DNA of 64,000 nt from Cystobasidiomycetes sp. EMM_F5 (Eukaryota): positions 1-64,000 of the forward strand of contig JBPGPT010000039.1 of NCBI GenBank assembly GCA_051047955.1, given 5' to 3'. Below the pieces are notes generated by a model, which had not been told where the DNA came from, searched no databases, and saw nothing but the letters and a program-made list of their open reading frames with translations. Position numbers and translations under genes: made by a program. Below, piece after piece: positions 58,685 to 64,000 of this stretch; the stretch's first letter is position 1, and every line of letters begins with the position of its first letter.

Positions 58685-59143
58685 TACGGTAACGTAACCG
58701 TGTCAATACTCGTATGGCTGCTGAGCCCGTCAGCCGTTTGTGCAGGGTACACAGTAAAATATTGTGGTAAGGGCCAGATGCGATGCCTGAAGGGTTCCAG
58801 CCGGGACCTTTGGGGGCTCATACTTCCTTTGTATTGTGACGATTACTTTGCACCTTTGACTGCTCCGGTGCGTTGCCGCCATTGTGGCTAGTCTTGATCA
58901 TGTGCTTACTGCAGAATGGCTTGAAAGCGCTACGTTTACGTTTTGTTATGGAGATGTAGCGGTGCAACGTCAGATATCGAAGGCGAACTAGGTCAAGAGT
59001 AATCTTCCTGAATGGATAAAAAGATGACAGAGGTAATCGGATGCTTTACAGATATTAATATGTATATTAGACTCCTGCCTGGCCAGATGTGACAGTGCCT
59101 CCGGGTCAGACGGTTCTATCTCGAACTGCGCCCAAAGGAAATG

Positions 59144-60356
59144 TTATACTCCCGCATGCACGAGCACGAGGCCAAGAATCAGCCATACAGCACTGGCGGC
59201 CACTAAGACGGGCGGCCGCAAGATGCGAAGGACGGCTGTACTTTGCATATCGGCCGAACCCGAGCCCAGCGTGACGAGACTGACTCCCGTGACGAGCGTG
59301 AAGGCTGCACGATCGCGACAAGTCAGCACTCTGCGTTGTATGAGATTCTCACACTTGCTCACCAATGGTTTCTGAGGCACCACCTTCTCCTTGTGTACGA
59401 GTGACGGTCTGCGTAGACGCACTCCCCCACGCGATAGTTGACATTGTGGACTTGCTTGTATCAGCAGGGACTGTGGAATCTACGAGGTCATCGTCCGATG
59501 ATGTGCTTGTATAATTATTTGTAGTATCGCCCGTTGCGTATGCGCTATACACATCATCTTCGTCCGTGCTTGTCGGTCTGTGGGGGCCGTTCAATGAGTC
59601 AGACTCATCAGAGTCATTCTGGGAAGTTTGCGAGGTTTTCGATGTGATCGCTTTGGCATATGAAGTATGATTATCGTGTTTCGTTGTTGCAGCCGTAGAG
59701 GACGCTGCAGTAGTTTTCTGGTTACTCCGAGCCACAGTCGTCTGGTTGTCGGATGAGGCAGGCAAGCGTGAAGGAAGCTGATGCTGTACAATTGGCGCAC
59801 TTTGTTCAGCAGGTTGAGTTCGGGACGATGCTGCGCCAGAGTCTCTCTGAGGCGTCGTGGTGACAGCGACTTGAGTGTTCGCTGCCTGAGAAACAGGATT
59901 TCCAATGGACGGTAACGTAGGTACGTTTTGAGCTGTCATCCGACCATTGCCTGCCTGTATGTCGACGCATTGAGCGGCCAGCAAGGCGCACCGAGAACAA
60001 TACTCACCTTGTCCTGTGGTATCTGGCTACTCCAAGCTGCCCACTGGTCAGGAAATCTAGCTTGGTCTGACCAGTCTCCGCTTGAATCGACAGCATTAGC
60101 TGCCAGGCATCCCGCAGTCGGAAGATCTTCGTCTGCAAATGCAAGAATCAGAATGCGCACATTGGCGAGGAGTGCACACGTGTAACCTCACCACGGCAAG
60201 TGTCCATACAGATATGCGAATATTCGAGCCAGGGGTCGTTACCGCACAGGAATTGTGATAGCCCTACCCCGCCTTGGCTTCTCGGCGTGAGCGCTGCTAT
60301 CCGACCCAGTGTACGCTGACAGCCCTGCACAGTGCCGCCTTTGAAAGCAACACCAT
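59144..60356 (-). CDS. Second Ser/Thr-rich putative GPI or membrane-anchored protein (5' end uncertain)
   Basis: 211-aa S/T/D-rich ORF (59349-59984) followed by an exon ending in hydrophobic PPVLVAASAVWLILGLVLVHAGV. Upstream exon structure not resolved. Confidence 0.45.
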
Positions 60357-61499
60357 TTCGTATGTCAAAGCAGACGCATCTGTTTCCGGCTCGTAAGCGA
60401 AAGATTTGCTATTTACGAAGCACTCTGTACGCACTTTTGATCGCTGGAGGCATGCACGCAGGGAAGTGTTAGTGATACTGTTACGTATCGCTGGAGACAC
60501 CAACTTACGAATCCGTGCCAACGTATTGAACGGCTGAAGCAGATTTGCATATAGTGACAGCTGCATAAATCCATTGAAGGAGGTAGATGCGACGCCTCTT
60601 TGAAGAACGCATGGAGATGTTGAGACTGTATCGCGACTTGGCCGGCGGATTGAGGATGGCACATTCAGGCTATCTCCACATGTATGACGTCTGTTTGGTA
60701 TTGTATACCGGGCCGCATAGGCTGAGGCAATTCCTGGGTTGAAAGCCTGGCTCTACTGGATAGTCTCCATCCCTTCATGCCGCTACTGTGCCGCTGTCCC
60801 GTTCGCGTTGGCTCCGATGGGAAATCGTGAGTATTCAGTCAATGCAGCAAACAGTCAGCTTCTCTGCCGTGTTCGCAACGACAATCAGTCAATGTCTCCA
60901 GTCCTAATCATTCGCAATGTTCAGGCTCCATTCGAATTAGCATTACGCGTTGTCGCACTTGAAGCCGGAATATGGAGAGGTGTTTGCCCTCAGACCGAAC
61001 AGACGTCTACGATTCCGGTTGTATTCATTGGGACGCGGAACATGATCCTCAACAGGATTCTTGCGGGCTGAGTCTCATCGCTGCGCAAGGCTGTCGTAAT
61101 GGATGCACCGGCTCTTCGAGTTTGGCTGGGCCGTATCGACTCCGACTGTCGCAGGATGCCTTCCGTCGCCGGCATTGACAAGCTGATGGAGACTTCAGCG
61201 ACGGACAGTTGACACTTTGACAGCTGACCACTCACTTTTACTGACAATATTCGGTACACAATCATTCAGTGATGCCGCTCGAGATTTACAGCTACAAAGA
61301 AGTGGGGCCCGATTTCCGTCTACAACATAGTATGATGAAAGGGTGACCAACTCGTTCTAATGTTCATCAACAGGGCTCTCGCTCAACGCCGAAGCTGCGC
61401 CGTAACCAATCTAACTGGACTTACGGGAAGGGCAACAGTAGCATCGACTCATTCACCTCGTTGCGACCTGATTCCCCTGACGATTTATGTGTGGACGCG

Positions 61500-61994
61500 A
61501 TGCACTCTCCTGCCTCGCTTACATCGCCTCAGCAGAGTGTACCGAGCGCCTGGAAGACATTCAATCCATCCAGTCCAAGCACGTCCGTGGACCCCGAAAA
61601 GACCGGCGAAAAGCTAGGCCCTGCCAAACACAGATGCAAGCGGGAACTACTGCACGAGAACAGCTATATGCTCAAGTCGTGTCCGCGCATTGTCAATCGG
61701 GCTGCATTCTCGTCAGAAGCTCTAGTGGCTCTCGAGTTGGACTTGCAGCCGTGTGAGGTGCTCGTTACAAGCAAGATGAACGAGAAGGGCCACAGCAAGC
61801 TTTTCGACAGGGATGGAAACAACATCACTCACCGCTTCAACGGACTGGAGGCGTTTGAGGACCTGTATGAACGCGAGAAGGAGGTTGCAGACACGCGTAG
61901 AGAGAAGTTTGGTCATTTCCTGACAAAGTGCTCCATCAAGCTGTTTCGTCGGCGCGTGCACACGTACGTGTTTGAAGTGTGGCATCGTAGATAG
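61500..61994 (+). CDS. Hypothetical protein
   Basis: Open frame of ~164 aa from ATG 61500 with globular composition. No family recognised. Confidence 0.4.
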   Translation: MHSPASLTSPQQSVPSAWKTFNPSSPSTSVDPEKTGEKLGPAKHRCKRELLHENSYMLKSCPRIVNRAAFSSEALVALELDLQPCEVLVTSKMNEKGHSKLFDRDGNNITHRFNGLEAFEDLYEREKEVADTRREKFGHFLTKCSIKLFRRRVHTYVFEVWHRR

Positions 61995-62446
61995 TGTAGA
62001 GCTAGCAGTCAAGGCGAAAGATGCATCTTGATCGTCAGTATAGGTGTCTCCCGGCTGCCCTCAGACCCACCAACCCAGCCGCACACCTCTACATAGTACG
62101 ACCCCAGGACCTGCATACACCGCACATCAACACACATTACAAACACAACACACCACGTCGACGACCTGCATTGCACTAATCCAGATTGCAAGTCCCTTGA
62201 CGTCGGCGCGCATCAAAGGGGGACTCATTTCAAAGACCCAAGCTCAGCGTTGCAACACTCCTACACACCCTACACGCACACCTTCATTCGACAAGCACTA
62301 CAATATAATCACCTTTCTGCTCGAGCTCAAGGACTAGCAATTCCACGAGATAACCGCGAAAGACCGCGCAGCGCTCTCGCACCAGCTCGGATTTGACTAC
62401 ACTCTCGCTGTCCACTACGAAAACGTTCTGATACAGTTCATTCGCC

Positions 62447-63417
62447 ATGGCTTATGCATCGCCAATCCAAGGCCAGGTGGGTACTGTACCCCCACCATCC
62501 GCTTTAGGCGTTAGCGGCGTACTGCCCGGCCAAGCGTCCATCAACACGACGCGCATCCTTTCGTTCACTGGGTTTAGTAAAGACCTCAAGACGCGCGACA
62601 TCCAGTCCATCTTTGTCGATTACGAAGACGACCGTGGCGGTTACAGAATTAAATGGCTAGATGATACTGGCTGCCTCATGGTCTTTAACGATCCCATTAC
62701 TGGTGAGTCTTACGCGTACTGTGCTACTAGCGCAGAAAGCTGATAAACGGCGCCTTCGCAGCCAAGCGCGCGTTTCTCAACCTCCTCGCCAACCCGCATC
62801 CGCACCTGCAAGTTTCTACTGCAAGCGATGGCAGCATTGTAGAACCCAAGCTGGCTCCTTACCTTGGTGAAGATGCATCTCAGGTAGTTGCATCTGTTGC
62901 CAACCGGCCCCGGTCGCGAAGCATCTCTACCAATGTGCAGAATGGCTCTCCCGGAGGAGCCGCTTCCGGCCAGCACAGTCGCAGATTGTCAAACTCTACC
63001 GGAGTATCCAACATTCACTCGCGTATGGCGAGCAGCGGAAGTAGTGGCAGTATCCACGCCCAGTCTATGGGTCTGAATGGAAGTAACGGTCGTGGAGGAT
63101 TTGGACGTCCATCTGTCAGCCAAGGTCAGATGCAGTCCATCATGGACGAAGCAGTCATTGCAGAGGAAGAATCATCTCCTCCTGCTGCGACTACCAACCT
63201 CAACGGGACTAGCTCACCACCCAGCCCAACAGCTGCAGCCAATGCAAACGCAAACGGCGGGGCTATCGATTGGTCTGCGGTACAACAGCAGCAGGCAGTG
63301 AATGCGCGCACCAGAGGCGCTTCTCCACACTTTACTTCTCCTCCCATCAGCCCGGAACGCGGTCTGGGTGCCAACTCTCCGACGCGTCTCCGCCGTCTGA
63401 TGATGCCTTCCAGGTGA
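62447..63417 (+). CDS. RRM-like domain protein (R3HCC1/Thc1-like RRM) with disordered tail
   Basis: RILSFTGFSKDLKTRDIQSIF...YRIKWLDDTGCLMVFNDP..|AKRAFL fits the 'IKWxDDT' RRM-like class. Introns at ~62703-62761 and one further downstream. 3' end approximate. Confidence 0.65.
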
Positions 63418-63749
63418 GGCAAGCAAGACAAAGGGACAAGCCGAGCAAGTTGGTGGACCAAGTCGCTGATGTCGACGTCGTCGACGAGTCGGGCAGTCTC
63501 GCAAGACGGGTAAATGCGCAATGTATTCGATGCAGCAGTCTGTTTGTTCCAATGTAGCTCGGTACTCAGCTTTCGAGCTGTTTTCTCGCCCATCAGACCA
63601 GTCCACTGGTCTGTTCTGTGCCGTCTTTGCTGTCATTACGCTTGCCAGTTGCTGTTCCAAATCCAAAGCGCACCTTGGATTCCAAACTGCCTGCGACCTT
63701 TCAACTCAGCTCAAACCCAGCATACGCAGTTCTGGACACGCAGGCAGCA

Positions 63750-64000
63750 ATGTCGTTCAGCAAGAAGGACGACGAGGGCGCTGGTGAGTGGGCCGAGTGA
63801 GCGAGTGAATGGCCAGTCTGGGTGAGCTGAAAGAGCTGGCTTGGATATCTTGAAACGGCAAACACGACGACAACGCGGACGACAATGTAAACCACAAATG
63901 GTCAATGTGCGATAATTCAATATACCTATCCCAGTCGGCGTCTTCTTCCAGGACAAGACCACAGTCATCCAAGAGGCGCGCGTCTTTAATGAGTCCCCCA
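63750..64000 (+). CDS. SEC21: Coatomer subunit gamma, 5' end
   Basis: MSFSKKDDEGA|VGVFFQDKTTVIQEARVFNESP matches the gamma-COP N-terminus. The gene runs off the window. Confidence 0.9.

Overview
This is gene-dense, intron-rich eukaryotic DNA (introns about 50-70 nt, GT..AG with CTRAC/CTRAT branch sites), most consistent with a basidiomycete fungus. That taxon call is inferred from intron style and gene families. Recognisable housekeeping genes: MED17, AFG1, a bestrophin-family channel, MED31/SOH1 (missed by the ORF track), SMC6, a multi-FAS1 membrane protein, two tandem peptidyl-tRNA hydrolases, SEC8 (apparently lacking its C-terminal half), ICP55-type aminopeptidase P, SURF1/SHY1, eIF5B and the 5' end of gamma-COP. 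The most striking signal is an accessory block at about 7.5-21.2 kb. It holds a head-to-tail array of seven small paralogous genes with uninterrupted ORFs, spaced about every 1.1 kb. Their proteins share three motifs flanking a variable Arg/His-rich insert and match no family I recognise. Next to it is a second, unrelated trio of orphan paralogs. No RNA genes, transposons or CRISPR arrays were seen. All exon models are manual and approximate.
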